Shown here: piece after piece, positions 14,371 to 31,899 of the stretch | Layout of the letters: each line of letters begins with the position of its first letter | Numbering within the stretch: position 1 is the stretch's first letter | Source: the human T2T-CHM13v2.0 reference genome, Homo sapiens | Strand: one strand, 5' to 3' | NCBI RefSeq assembly: GCF_009914755.1 | Contig: NC_060931.1 | Length of the DNA stretch: 64,000 nucleotides | The notes under the pieces: model-generated | What the model saw: the letters and a program-made list of their open reading frames with translations, nothing else | Told to the model about the DNA's origin: nothing | Databases searched by the model: none | Translations under genes and position numbers: made by a program

Positions 14371-14971
14371 GGATATTATGACAACTGTAAAATTAACAGG
14401 AAAAGAAAACATCAAAATTATAAAAACTAATGAGAGAAGACAATGTTTGTTTTTAAAGGATAACCATTCAAGAACATCAACCAACCAGCTTTAGGGTCTT
14501 TGTTCCAGCTGTTCCACCAACCTAGAGATCAGTTTCTTTGATATCTACTTGGCTAACTCCTTCTCCTTCTTCCAATCTTTGTTCTACTCCCCTTCTCAAG
14601 AAGACCTGCCCTGACCACCTCATTTGATTTTTCCATTCTCCTACCCCCTGATCTTGGTGCTCCTGATCTGCCTTACCCTTACCTTTTCTTTCTTCTAAAA
14701 TCTTTTTTTGTATTTTTTTTTAATAGAGATGGGGTCTCACCCAGGCTGGTCTTAAACTCCTGGGCTCAAATGTCCTCTTGCCTCAGCCTCCCCAAGCCAC
14801 CATACCTGGCCTCAAATCCTTATCACCTTCTAACATCCTACATAATTTACCCATTTACTATGTTTATTATTTATCTTCTGTCTTCCCTCTTTCCCCCACT
14901 CTGTTAGAATGTAGTAATATGAATGCTGGTGTATTCCACATGCCTTGACAGTTGACGCTCAGTTAATGAAC

Positions 14972-15263
14972 TTTTTTTCTTTTTTGTAGAGACATGGTCT
15001 TGCTATGTTGCCCAGGCTGGAGTGCAGTGGTGTGATCTTAGCTCACTGCAGTCTCAACCTCCTGGGCTAATGTAATCCTCCCACATCAACTTCCTAAGTA
15101 GCTAGTACTACAGGCATGCATCACCATGCTAAAATTTTTTATTTTGTAGAGATGAGATCTGGCTCTGTTGCCCAGGCTGGTTTCAAACTCCTGGCGTCAA
15201 GTGAACCCCACCTTGGCCTCTCAAAAGTGTTGGGATTACAGGCATGAGCCACCATGTCGGGCC
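14972..15263 (-). mobile_element. AluJ-like
   Basis: Diverged full dimer in reverse; a short antisense Alu monomer also lies at ~14705-14810 inside an L2 remnant. Confidence 0.88.
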
Positions 15264-15566
15264 CTTCTACTTCATTTTAACAGACAGCTCCTGGATAATA
15301 TATCAGCCCCATGTTTCCGTTTCATAAATTATTTCTTTTACTGATACTGCATAAGTTGGGCACAACTTCAATCAGATAATATGACCCAAATTAAATTTTT
15401 GTGAGTGGTCTATCAAAATGAGGTCTGTTGATTATATCACAATGTTTGAACAACATTTGTTTTAGTTATGAAATTGTTACAACTAGTTTCAACCATGAAC
15501 AAATAAAATATTAATCAGGAGTTTTAAGGGCAAACTAAATGGAAAAGAACAATAAAAAATTATTAC

Positions 15567-15644
15567 CATGTGTATATAAATGATCTTCCGTAATTTACAT
15601 ATATCAATGTACCCGACAACATATACTGCAAATAATGATGCAAT
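15567..15644 (-). CDS. DPY19L1: DPY19L1 coding exon (probably exon 10), 78 nt: IASLFAVYVVGYIDICKLRKIIYIHM
   Basis: tttcag| acceptor, ATG|gtaata donor; phase 0-0. Confidence 0.95.
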
Positions 15645-16899
15645 CTGAAATTTAAAAAGAAATTAGAAGTAAAAAAGATAAAATGAATAGCTACAAGAAT
15701 GAAGAATATATTTACTGTTGTTTCAACTGATTTATATCTACACACAGAGTGAGTTCTTCTGTTTTCCTTTTATCTGACAATTTATTATTAAATATAGTCA
15801 ATATATTAGTATAGAAAATATTGGTTGATTTTTCTCTCTGACACACAGCTTTCTCAATCATGTGAATTGTCTACTTTGTCAACTGTCCAAAACAATACTC
15901 ATTTTAACTTCAGGTCAACCCTACTGTCAACATGTACAATTAAAAAGTGCCTTGTCCAATCAAAAAAGATGAAAATGTAATTATAACATGACAACTAATA
16001 CATAATTGGGGAAGGTACATTTAACTGAAAAATAATTATGCAATGCATGTGTGCATAAAAATACCTCAATTTCTGCTTGCTAGTCACTCTTTACAAGTAT
16101 CTCCATTAATGTTCTTTCATTAATACAAATATTCAAGAGTTAGTTATAATCAAATTTATCAATTTCAAATTAAGAGTACTTTCGCTGCAAAGGTATTTTT
16201 AACTTTCTTTTCCATTTGGAAGAAAATTGTATGTTATATATCAATAATTCTAAGAGTACTGGAATTATTTAGATGAATTAATTGATTAAATGATGGTATA
16301 GTATCTATTACATAGAGGTAATATAGCAGACAATGCCTCTACACCCTTCCTCATAGAGAAAGCAATTCAAATTAAATTCTTCCCGTCCTACTACAAAAGC
16401 ATAGCATAAACAGATTGCAAAATAGCTGAATACTTAAACATATAACTTAAGTTTCATTCATCAAGTTTTTAATCTCTAAATCAATCTACAACAAATTTTT
16501 CCATTAGTGAGAAAAACAACAAAGTTTCCCTTTATTCAGAGTTACCCATGGAGAACACTGCATTTCTTAGGGTGCCTGATATGACATAACAACTGTGGGG
16601 AAGTGTGTGTTATTATTCAACATAAGCCCCACAGGGAGGCAAAATACCTCCCCTGACCCTTACCTCCACAAAAAAGCAGGCAGTCTCCACTATCAGGAAG
16701 CAATGAGAATGCTCCCTTTTCACCCCAAGGGCTAAGCAACACACAGTACATTTACAGGGTAGAATTTTCAAGAGACAATCTCAGAGACAATTTTAAACCA
16801 GAAACTGATTGAAAATGTCATCGAACTAAGTTAGACAAAGGAGTCTACAAGACAAGATCAAAGTAAAAAGTAAGTACAAATAGAGCCTATTTTAAAAAA

Positions 16900-17130
16900 T
16901 AATGATAAAACCAACTAACCTTACTGACACCTACTAAGTACCAGGTACTGTGTTAAGAATCATATACATTACTTCATCTGGTCCTATCCACAACCCAATA
17001 AAGTAGGTTCTTTTATTATCTCTATTTCAGAAATGAGAAAACCTAAACTAAGAAAAGTTAACTATTTTATCCAAGTTAAGAGGCTAGTGAATAGAATTAG
17101 GACTCAAATCCAAGTCTAACTTCATTTCCC
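16900..17130 (-). mobile_element. MIR
   Basis: Reverse complement of the MIR core (ccaggtactgtgttaag...tttcagaaatgagaaaac). Confidence 0.75.
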
Positions 17131-17162
17131 AAGCAAGATGTTCTAAAAAATATTAAAAAGCA

Positions 17163-17468
17163 GCCAGGCGCAGTGGCTCACGCCTGTAATCGCAGCACTT
17201 TGGGAGGCCAAAGCGGGTGGATCACGAAGTCAGGAGATTGAGATCATCCTAGCTAACACGGTGAAACCCCGTCTCTACTAAAAATATAAATAATTAGCTG
17301 GGTGTGGTGGCACGTGCCTGTAGTTCCAGCTACTTGGGAGGCTGAGGCAGGAGAATCGCTTGAACCCAGGAGGTGGGGTTGCAGTGAGCCGAGATTGCGC
17401 CACTGCATTCTAGCCTGGGCGACAGAGAAAGACTCCATCGCAAAAAAAAAAAAAAAAAAAAAAAAAAA
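17163..17468 (+). mobile_element. AluS (Sc-like)
   Basis: Full dimer with long poly(A). Confidence 0.92.
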
Positions 17469-18105
17469 GCAACTCTTCAACTGCTTTATACAAATATATC
17501 AGTACAATAAAAAAAAATAGTACGCAGGGAGAAAAATGAATATGTAATTTACTCCCTCTCTCAACAAGCTACCTCCATTTATAGTGGGCAAGAGTACATG
17601 GAAAGACAATAGATAAATTTCCAGACTGGTAGAGAGAATTTTATAAGAGATGAACTGGTTAGCTATTTATCCTGTAATCCTATGTGTCTTTATTCTACAT
17701 GCAAGAATGTACACAACTATTCATAAAAGAAACATTTTAGGTAACAGAAATACTATAGTTAACTTAAGAGAAATACTTGAAGTTATAGCACTAGTCCTCT
17801 TTTAAGCACTTAACGATACTGAATAACAAAGATAAGCATTCTTACAAATTTGAGTTCAATAAATGCATTATGTTAGGAAGTAAATAATTAACAATCATTA
17901 ATAAATAATCCAACATATTTCTCTACCCTGAACTTTCTTTTGTTCAATATTTCTAAAAAATGTTTTAGAAAAACATTTTTCCTAGAAAATGTTTTAGTGT
18001 TTTAGGACTTAGAACCATAGAATATCTCAGTTGTAATTTTATGCAAATGAGCTCACATAGTCAAACATGCTAAGCTTAAAACAGCTTAAAATATAATCAC
18101 CTCAC

Positions 18106-18205
18106 CTGAGTAAGAAGTACAAACTGAGCAAACTGCCAAGGAAGCATGAAAAATACATTGGAAATGCAGAGTGCAATCAAGCTTCCTCTATAAAGTTTTG
18201 TAGCC
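18106..18205 (-). CDS. DPY19L1: DPY19L1 coding exon (probably exon 9), 100 nt: (R)ATKLYRGSLIALCISNVFFMLPWQFAQFVLLTQ
   Basis: ttttcaag| acceptor, CAG|gtgagg donor; conserved WQF.QF motif. Confidence 0.95.
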
Positions 18206-19049
18206 CTTGAAAAGATAAAATAAGTGTTAGTAAGTTTAAACACGAAATAGTCTAGCATGGCTCCAAACTGCTGCAAATTAGAATCTCGAAATATATATGA
18301 TCTGGTTATAACACAACCTAAACATAAAATGAACCAATGGGTTAGAAATTATACCTCCTGATACTCAATTACAACAATTTTCTTTGAAAGGTAAATACCC
18401 ATTTGCTAACAATAACACAGAGAGAAGGAGGGTGGGTCAGTATATCCATGAACATTTTTTTCAAATTATATTTTGGTGAATCCATGACTGAATATTTAAA
18501 AATACTGATTCAACAGATTCATTAGGAAGGCAGAAGATGCCTACAAAAAGATGATAGCAGCATATTCTAAGTGCTAAGTATTAGGCAGACAACTACTGCA
18601 ATAATGCAGAATAAGAGGTAAGCGGCTGAGAGAGATTTTGTAAGCATGTGAGATAAAAAGTTGGGTCTGGCACAGGTAGGAGAACACAGAAAAGTTAAGT
18701 GGAGGAAAAGATATGGGGTCCATTCTGAAGCAACCTTTAGAGATCTCATTTTGGTACTGACTTGTAATTTAGGAGATTTTTAGGAGGGTAAGATGATTTT
18801 ATCCTCTAAACCTGTGAGCCAACGCAAAGCCCCCACACATGTCCATCTTCACAGAAGTGGAGTGTGCATGTTGATATACTGAGGTGATGAGGTGTATGCA
18901 GCTCAGATACAGTAAAGACATCCTGGCTAGATAAACCTACCTGGAGCATAGAGCACCATTATGACATGCCTTTCTTCACTTCCCCAAGTATCCCTTCTCC
19001 AAAGGACATCCCTCTCTGCTATTTTAATCCAACAAAAGTACTTTTAAAC

Positions 19050-19286
19050 TCCAGATAACCTTTTAATGAGTTATGAAATCAACTTATGGAATAAAATTCA
19101 GCATTTAAAAATGCAGATCAGCAGAGTGAAACAGAATATATATGACTATATCCTACTTACGAGGGGTTCTATTCTGTGAAACTTTTGTTTCAGCTGTGTG
19201 CATACATGTATGTGTATACTAAGCCGCAGTGTAAAACTTATTTCTTGTTTCTCATAGATCATAGTCCAAAAGTTTGAAAGCCACTA
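19050..19286 (+). mobile_element. hAT-Charlie non-autonomous remnant (Charlie18a-like)
   Basis: tatgaaatcaacttatgg...tgtgaaacttttgtttcag...aaaagtttgaaagccact resembles the recalled consensus. Confidence 0.5.
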
Positions 19287-20489
19287 TCTAAAATAAAGCA
19301 TTTCTCTACTGCTTTTGAATACTAAATATGATTTTCATTTTATGGGTAACAAGAGACATTAAGATTTCCAAGCAGAATTTAATACCAATCTGGCAGTTGG
19401 ATAAAGAATGCGCTGTGGGGAGATAGGAGTGAACAGAAAACAAAGAAAATCCAATTGGTGATCAAAATAGCTCTGACCCAAGACAACAGAAATGGAAACA
19501 TAAATATTGCCAAGAATGAAAAAAAAAAAAAAAGCTAAGAACAACCAAGAAAAAGCTAAGCTGTGCTACTATTAGGTGGGTATATAAACTGAATTTCTAA
19601 AAATGCTTAAAATTCAAAACTGGACAAAACCAATTTGTTAAAACATACCACTAACCTTATTTATAAATGATTCCTAGCATTAAGGAATAGTCTCTTTTCT
19701 GGTTTTGTAACAGTATCCTCAGCACTGCAGCCTGCATCAACACTGCTCAGCTTCTTCTTGCCTCCACCAAGCTATCGCCACCCACCACCTCCCTCTAATG
19801 TCACAATATGTCAACTATAGGTAGAAACCAAGACCTAAAGGAAATGGCTGCTCTTCCAAAGGAGACAATGTCAGTAATAAGGATGAAATATCAGAAGATG
19901 AAGATGGCCAATAGAGAGAAGGTTACTATCCTTCAGAAAAAAGACAAGATGTCTGCCAAAATTTCAAGAAAGGAGGTTTAGCAGGTTTTCCCTCCTAAAA
20001 AGACTGCAGTGTCCAAGAAAGCAAAATGAAAGCCCACACTTCCAAGCAACCAGTCATAGATAGCCACAGCAGGCAAGCAGGGAGCCATGACAACTAAGGG
20101 GCATAACCAGGAAAGCCATCGCAATCAGAAGTCATAAGCTGCCAATGAAGATGGCGAGGAAGATCAAGATGGGATGGATCTGAACCAGGAGTGGTGAAAG
20201 CAGCAGCTGATGCAGCTTCAGATGGCCTGGAATATGAGAACAGAAATGCCAACTGGAATATAAACAGAGACAATGAAGAAGGCTCTAAAGAAAGGAAAGT
20301 TCTCTAAAACTTCTCAGCAAAAAGTAAAGACAGGTATTAAGACGTGGGTAAGGCTGAAAAAGACAATGATAAGAGACTAAAGAAAACATAAAAAGCTTGT
20401 CACAGAAGCACCTGGAGCCAAAAACAGAGAAGAACCCAACAGAAGGCAGCTCTTGAAGGCAGGAAACAGCAACTGAAGAGGCCCCATCC

Positions 20490-21004
20490 TGGTAGGCAGA
20501 ATAATGGCCTCCAAAGATACCTGTGTCCTAATCCCTGGAACCTGTGGACATGTCATGTTGCATGGCAAAGGGGAACTAGGGCTGCAGATGGAATGAAGAT
20601 GACTAATCACCTGGCCTCACAGTAGGGAATGTATCCCGGATTATCCAGGTGGACCCAATGTAACCACAGGGTACTTAAAAGCAGAAGAGAGGCTGAAGAG
20701 AAGGTTGGAGTGAACTGACAAAGAAGGACTTAATCTACCATTGCTGGTTTTGAAGATGAAGGAGCCACAAGCCAAGAAATGCAGGCAGTCTCCCAAGAAA
20801 GGCAGGCAGCCTCCCAAGAAATGCAGACAGCCTCTAGAAGCTAGAAAAGCCAAGAAAATTGATTCTCTCCCCTCCCACTCTGTGCCTTCAGGAAGAGGGT
20901 TGCACCTCCAATACCCTGATTTTAAAACTTCAGAGCTAGAAAACTCCAAGATAGTAGATCCCAGTTTGTGGTGATGGGCTACACAGCAACAGGAAACTAA
21001 CACT
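20490..21004 (+). mobile_element. MaLR solo LTR (MLT1D-like) inserted in the NCL retrocopy
   Basis: Starts tggtaggcagaataatggcc, internal ggattatccaggtggacccaatgtaa, ends cagcaacaggaaactaa. Confidence 0.88.
20772..20834. repeat. 3 x 21-bp tandem repeat (ccaagaaatgcaggcagcctc) inside the LTR
   Basis: Three adjacent near-identical units directly visible. Confidence 0.9.
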
Positions 21005-22186
21005 ACCTTCTATGGTACAGATGGACTAAAGGAAGCAGCGCTCAGTCCCCGGAGCAGCATCCCCATGCCCACTTAGGGACAGATCGGATCAGTGAGTGAA
21101 AGAAGAATCAAAGGTTTGCCTTTGCTGGATTTAAGACAGGAGCAGAGGTAGAAAAGCAGGAAGGAACTAGAGACTGATGGGCAGTCTGCTGTCTGCACTA
21201 TACTGGAGAAAAAAGCCACGGTCAAGAATGTGAATGTGGAAAAACAGCATCTGTAGTGGTGAATCAAAGACTCCTACAGCACAACACTTCTTACAGAGAT
21301 GTTTGAGAAGGGACCATTGCTCAAGATGCCTCAGAACCAACAGGGCACAGTTAAAGGTTATGAATTCATAGAGGTTCACCTTATTTGAAGGTGCTAAAGA
21401 AGTTTTAAACCCTATAAAAGAGGAGTTTAGGGGACAGCAATAAAGCTGGAGCTACACAGACTTTAAAAAGCTAATGCAAAAACATTACCCATCCCATGTT
21501 CTATGAAGGGTCTGTCTAAAGACACTACTACATAGGAGACTAAAAGCCATGTGATGGTTCTATACTTGCTGTAACAATCAGAGGGAAATAGATTGCCCAA
21601 AGGGTTTGGCATAACAGCCTTCAACAAAGTTCTTCTGAATTCGGAGGATCACTGAAGGGAGTTATCAGTCTGAGTCATCTTCAGATTTTTATCATGCTTT
21701 GTTCCATTTTTCCATAGCCCCCATTTGGTTTCCTTTTTACCCTCTGGAGCAAGGCAGCTATATTCAATATTTGTCAGCAGAAAGGGAGAGAAGTGTGAAT
21801 TCTGTGAATTATCCTTTGCCCCAAAGGATTGTATCTTACAGGATACACTATAGCATGACCAGCCTTTACCTTCTTTCTGCTCATTTTCAAGAGGTTACAG
21901 TGGTAACAGAAGAAGACTTGAGAAAGTGGAAATGACAGGAGAAGTGAAAGCAATTTGTTCCTTCTCAAGCAATCACTGTAGACTACCAAGAAAAAGGAGG
22001 AGGAACAGAAGGCTGATAGAAGAAATGTTTTTGATACTATTTTTAAGTTACACTCTTATAATATTTTTACTAATAACAGCATCATATTGGTTAATTATTT
22101 TATTATGTTCACTTTATTATGGAAGCTTAAGAAATTTTAGTTAAAATTATTTAATGCAAAAAGAAATAAGGTTAAGTCAAAGTTAC

Positions 22187-22278
22187 CTGAGAATATGAGT
22201 CACTAGCAACATCTGAAGAACAAGAAATGGATATGAGAAGCTTTCACGGAGAGGTGGTGTCCACATTACACGGGTACA
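22187..22278 (-). CDS. DPY19L1: DPY19L1 coding exon (probably exon 8), 92 nt: [30 protein letters not shown](R)
   Basis: poly-T ttcag| acceptor, CAG|gtaact donor; contains the conserved DPY19 TRV..PLRE motif. Confidence 0.95.
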
Positions 22279-23370
22279 CTGAAAAAAAAAATTTGTAGTA
22301 TAGTATACTTGCTAAATTTACTAAGACATTCCAAGTAAAAATTGCTATTTATAAATAAAATTATTTTTAACAAATAATTTAAACGGTGTGTTGTAAAACA
22401 AACTACTGGACTTTATTCCATAAACAGCAAAACTAGCATGTGACAAATATTACTGACAGAGACACATGTGGCTTAAGATCATGTAAAGCATTAATATCAT
22501 GAATTGTCAGGAAGAAAATACCAAAAAAGATGCAACTACATCTTAAAAGGAAAGGGAGGAAAGTACCAGCAAGAAAACGTTCTGCCAAATTTTAGAATAT
22601 TTTGAGTTGATTATTTATCTATTGTTTGTCTTCTTTCCCATGAATTTCAGCAAAACTATCCATAACCAGTACTTGAGAACTCTTTCTAGTCATCAATTTT
22701 AGTATTTTCATTCACTGTGCTGCTACAAAGGAATATTCCATTTTTGGTTTTACTTCTTTGCCTAAGCTGCCCTGGGTTGCAAAATATTTAAAAGTAGGCA
22801 GTGTAATCAAATTAAGTAACAAAAGTCCTGAAATTGTTAAGTATAAACCTTTCTGAAAAGCTCACTTTGGACATAATTAAGCAATGTACTATCACAGTTG
22901 TAATAATGTCATTTTACTGTATATAGACTAAACATATTAGTAAGTTCATCCTTCCATCGACAGAAAACCGCATACAATTAAATGCAAGCAATCTGATATT
23001 ATTAAGTCACACTAAAATAATGATGTCTTTCAATGCAAGCACGGGTACCTAAAAAGATTCCACAGAATGACAAAGACCATGTCAGAAATAAGTGTTTCCT
23101 ATATTTTCGCTGTACCTCAGACTACTGAATATTTCTAGTGCTGCTATAGAAAGACTGAGCCAATTTACTGCTCTTTTCTAACAAGCTCACCATCCTTTAT
23201 GAAACTGACATACATATCTATTTATGAATGAACTACTCACACAAGAGAATGCTGAAAAGATTGAAAAGGTCCCCTGATAATGTATACTGTTGTTACTAGA
23301 ATGCAATTTTTAAAAGCTGTTAGTTTATTAGATTAACTGGAGAGTTCAGTATGATTGACAGTAAGATACA

Positions 23371-25911
<2,541 letters not shown>

Positions 25912-27359
25912 TATGATCAAAATTTGTAAAGTCATCAGTCTCTGTACAAAAACAAGTATTCAAACAAGCAAGTATTCCAACCATGTAATGTACAATTTGA
26001 GAATTTTCTTCATGCAGACAGTTCCCCCACATTTGTTACCCACATTCAATGACATTATCATTTCTCCAAAATTCGTTGCTTTTAATAGCTATAGTCACTC
26101 AGTTCACCAAAACTGAATTATATCCTCTGAAAGCAGGGACAAGAAAACCCAATTACAGGACTGTAATGAAGGGCAAGGTCTTCTCCCTCCAAAATTCTGA
26201 GTACATGAATTCAAATGTCCATGAAAGTGCTTTCTATTGTTTCTCCAATAACACAACGTGTTTTACTAGGTCTGGTACAAACATAATTGCCATTCCAGAT
26301 GATGCCATATAATTTGAAAATAGTGAAGAGATTTGGTTTAGTCATGCCTTACGTTTCAACAAAATAAATATTTTTTCTTTATCTCATTTTAAATGTAAAA
26401 TAAAAAGTGTGACAGTTTAAAATGCCAATGCTTTTTAAAGGCATTATTTTGAAATTTGAGAATTAAAGGAAATATACATGTGAACTGCTTCAAAAAAGGG
26501 TTATACAAATGTATGTTGTTTCTAAGTATAAGAAATACATTTATTGTGAAAATAAATTCAATAAAAATCTTATGTTGCACAAACTTCTATCTAGTATATA
26601 ATTTTTAGCACACATTTCATAACACTGATTATACTGCAACATAATACTGTGTAGATATTAATAGGCTTTTATTTTCTGCTTAATAATTTTTAATCATTCA
26701 CTGAAGAATCAATAACTAAGGAATCTCAAAAGTAGCTTAATTTTCCAATCTCTATTTTCAAACTATTAACTTATAATATTGGGAATACAGTATGATCTAA
26801 TTGATTTATCTTCATAACTTCAAAATAAATAGAAGAACAATTGACTAGTGAGTTATAAATTGTGGTTAGTATTAGTATCAAACAGATCATGTTTAAGATT
26901 TATTCCAAGAGTTTTTACTAGAGTTGCCATTTGCTGGATCAATCCTAACTTGTTACTATAATGTTTAGGTTTAAAACAAATTACCCACCTCTGCCTGCTG
27001 CTTTTCTATACTGATTATACTATTGCTTTATATTGCTTAATATTAACTATAATAATGCTTTAAACACTATATTTATGAGTGCTTCCTTAAAAGACTGCTG
27101 GCACCATGAAGGTTATGCTACCTCTCTTCAGAGAATGTTATAGGTGTTAAGAATCCTGCTGTCCACATAGTAACCATAAACATGCTAGGTTTAAGAGACA
27201 TGGCTTGAGTATCTCTTGTTTGATGCTACTTAGGGCAGTTCCATTATTTAGGAAGACCCTTAGTTTGGAGTAAGCTTTGTGCATCTCAGGGCACTGTATC
27301 TTGATAATAAGTAAGCCTGGTTGCTTTCTTGGAGTTTTGGTCTATTTTTGTACCATACA

Positions 27360-27591
27360 CAGGTTGAGTATTTCTCATCCAAAATCCTGGGACCAGAAGT
27401 GTTTTGGATTTCAGATTTTTTCAAATTTTGGAATATTTGCATTTTAATTACTGATTGAGCATCGCTAATCCAAAAAACCAAAATCTGAAATGCTCCAATG
27501 AGAATTTCCTTTGAGAGTCATGTTGGCACTCAAAAAGTTTTGGACTTTTTGAGTATTTCAGACTGCAGATTTTCATATTATGCACAGCCTG
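27360..27591 (-). mobile_element. Tigger4a/MER46-like MITE
   Basis: caggttgagtat...gggaccagaagtgttttggatttc...cagcctg|ta; terminal inverted repeats. Confidence 0.85.
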
Positions 27592-28339
27592 TACTGATAA
27601 GCTGCTCAATTAACCAGTTACATATTTCAATCTGAACTTATAATACAATTTTAGCTCACACAGGATTTAATGTGTCAGTGATATGTAAATGCTATTTTAA
27701 ACTGTACTATCTTTATAAAGAATTTCAGCTGGTTGTATGACAGAAAACATTGATCTTTTTGTCTCTGAAAATCTAAGATATCAGTATATCCTATCCAAAT
27801 TTACAAAAAACCTTTGTGAAACTTTGTTGAAAAAGCGGTGAGTACACCTCCATGTTTCCATCCATTGTTGCAATGACTCGAACTTGACCATTGCTTATTC
27901 ATCTAAAATAGAAAATATATCTGGCAAGATGTTATCAGTATCAACTCTACCACCTTTATCATGTGGTTATAAACTACACTGCTCAAGGTTATCAACATAA
28001 CCAAAATTCTGACTACAAAATGAAAGCATTAACCAAGATATATAGGCAATATAAATAGAAACAGAAACAAATGATTCAAATTGCACTGTCAAAATGATAA
28101 TACAACATGGAGAAATAAAAACAATTCAGGTTGCTTCTAAATTATTTAACCTTTATATTCTGACTATACCTCCTTAGTAGAATATACTCTTAGGAGAAAA
28201 ATAACTGGAGAAATACTGAACCATACTTGGTAGGATTGTTATTGGTAATGACATTAGTGTAGTAACTTTGAAACTATTTTGTGTGTATTACAGAATAATT
28301 TGTTTCTGGAACCTTTTTGAGTTTGAAAGGAAGTGTTCA

Positions 28340-31170
<2,831 letters not shown>

Positions 31171-31899
31171 GCCGGAGAAAAAACAGTAAAGAAAAATGCA
31201 CTTTTGTTGTACTGCCTTTTTAGTACAAGATTTACAGTGAAACTAGATATAGCCCAAGTGAAGATACAGAACAGCTGTTGGCTCTACCATCACACCTGGG
31301 AACAACTGCGTAATTTAGGTAAGGATCTGCCATAGGCAGAGAGTCTTTGCTGGAACCAAACAACTTCTAACCATATAAATAAGAATCTGAAAAAGGTACA
31401 AACACAAAAATGAGTATTTGTTGTGACAGCCACCCCTCCCCCAACCTGGGACACACACAGACATACACACACATGAATCTGGCAGATAAAGAGGAGTGGG
31501 GGAGAGTCAGAACTCTGTGAGATCACAATCTCACACAGCATTTGGTTTCGGGGCCTTGGCACAGCTGAATCTGGAGATGGATTAAAATTAACTAAAAAGC
31601 TGAAAACTAACCCCTTCCCAGTTTAAAGAATGGTAAGATCAAAGGAATCATCCCCTGAGTTAAGCACCTGGAAAGTTGGAGACTGAGACAAAGAAAAAAG
31701 AAATCACTGTAATTCATTTGAAACTGGAAGTAAACTAAAACAAATTAAAACTATACTACTGCCCTGCTTGGCAGGGCTTCATGTGGGATCCAAATTCTCA
31801 GTCTCTCTTCCTAGGTGCTTGACATAAAAGATGTTCCCTTTTTAGGGAAATTGAAGCAAAAATGATTATCTAGTTCAACCTTCATCATTCTTTTACAGA

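Larger units (their letters stand above)
19690..21627 (+). pseudogene. Decayed processed pseudogene of nucleolin (NCL): 5'UTR, N-terminal domain and RRM2-RRM4 remnants, interrupted by an MLT1 LTR
   Basis: Collinear intronless peptide remnants vs recalled NCL: MAALPKE~MAPPPKE, VTILQKKDK~VVIPQKKGK, EPGVVKAAA~EPAAMKAAA, VTEAPG~VKEAPG, LHYTGEK~LYYTGEK, SGESKT, EMFEKGPLLKMPQNQQGTVKGYEFIE (21296-21373)~EVFEKATFIKVPQNQNGKSKGYAFIE, KGLSKDTT~KGLSEDTT, KGFG. Many frameshifts and stops. Confidence 0.88.

Noticed and set aside
20741-20974. Lys-rich repetitive ORF (KKCRQ repeats)
   Set aside because: Arises from the 21-bp triplication inside the MLT1 LTR.
21860-22030. Purine-rich stretch as a continuation of the NCL RGG tail
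   Set aside because: No recognisable RGG-coding or stop-region similarity by eye.
27848-27902. Possible 55-nt cryptic exon
   Set aside because: Good acceptor but poor donor (GAG|gtgtac); no DPY19 homology and not needed for frame continuity.
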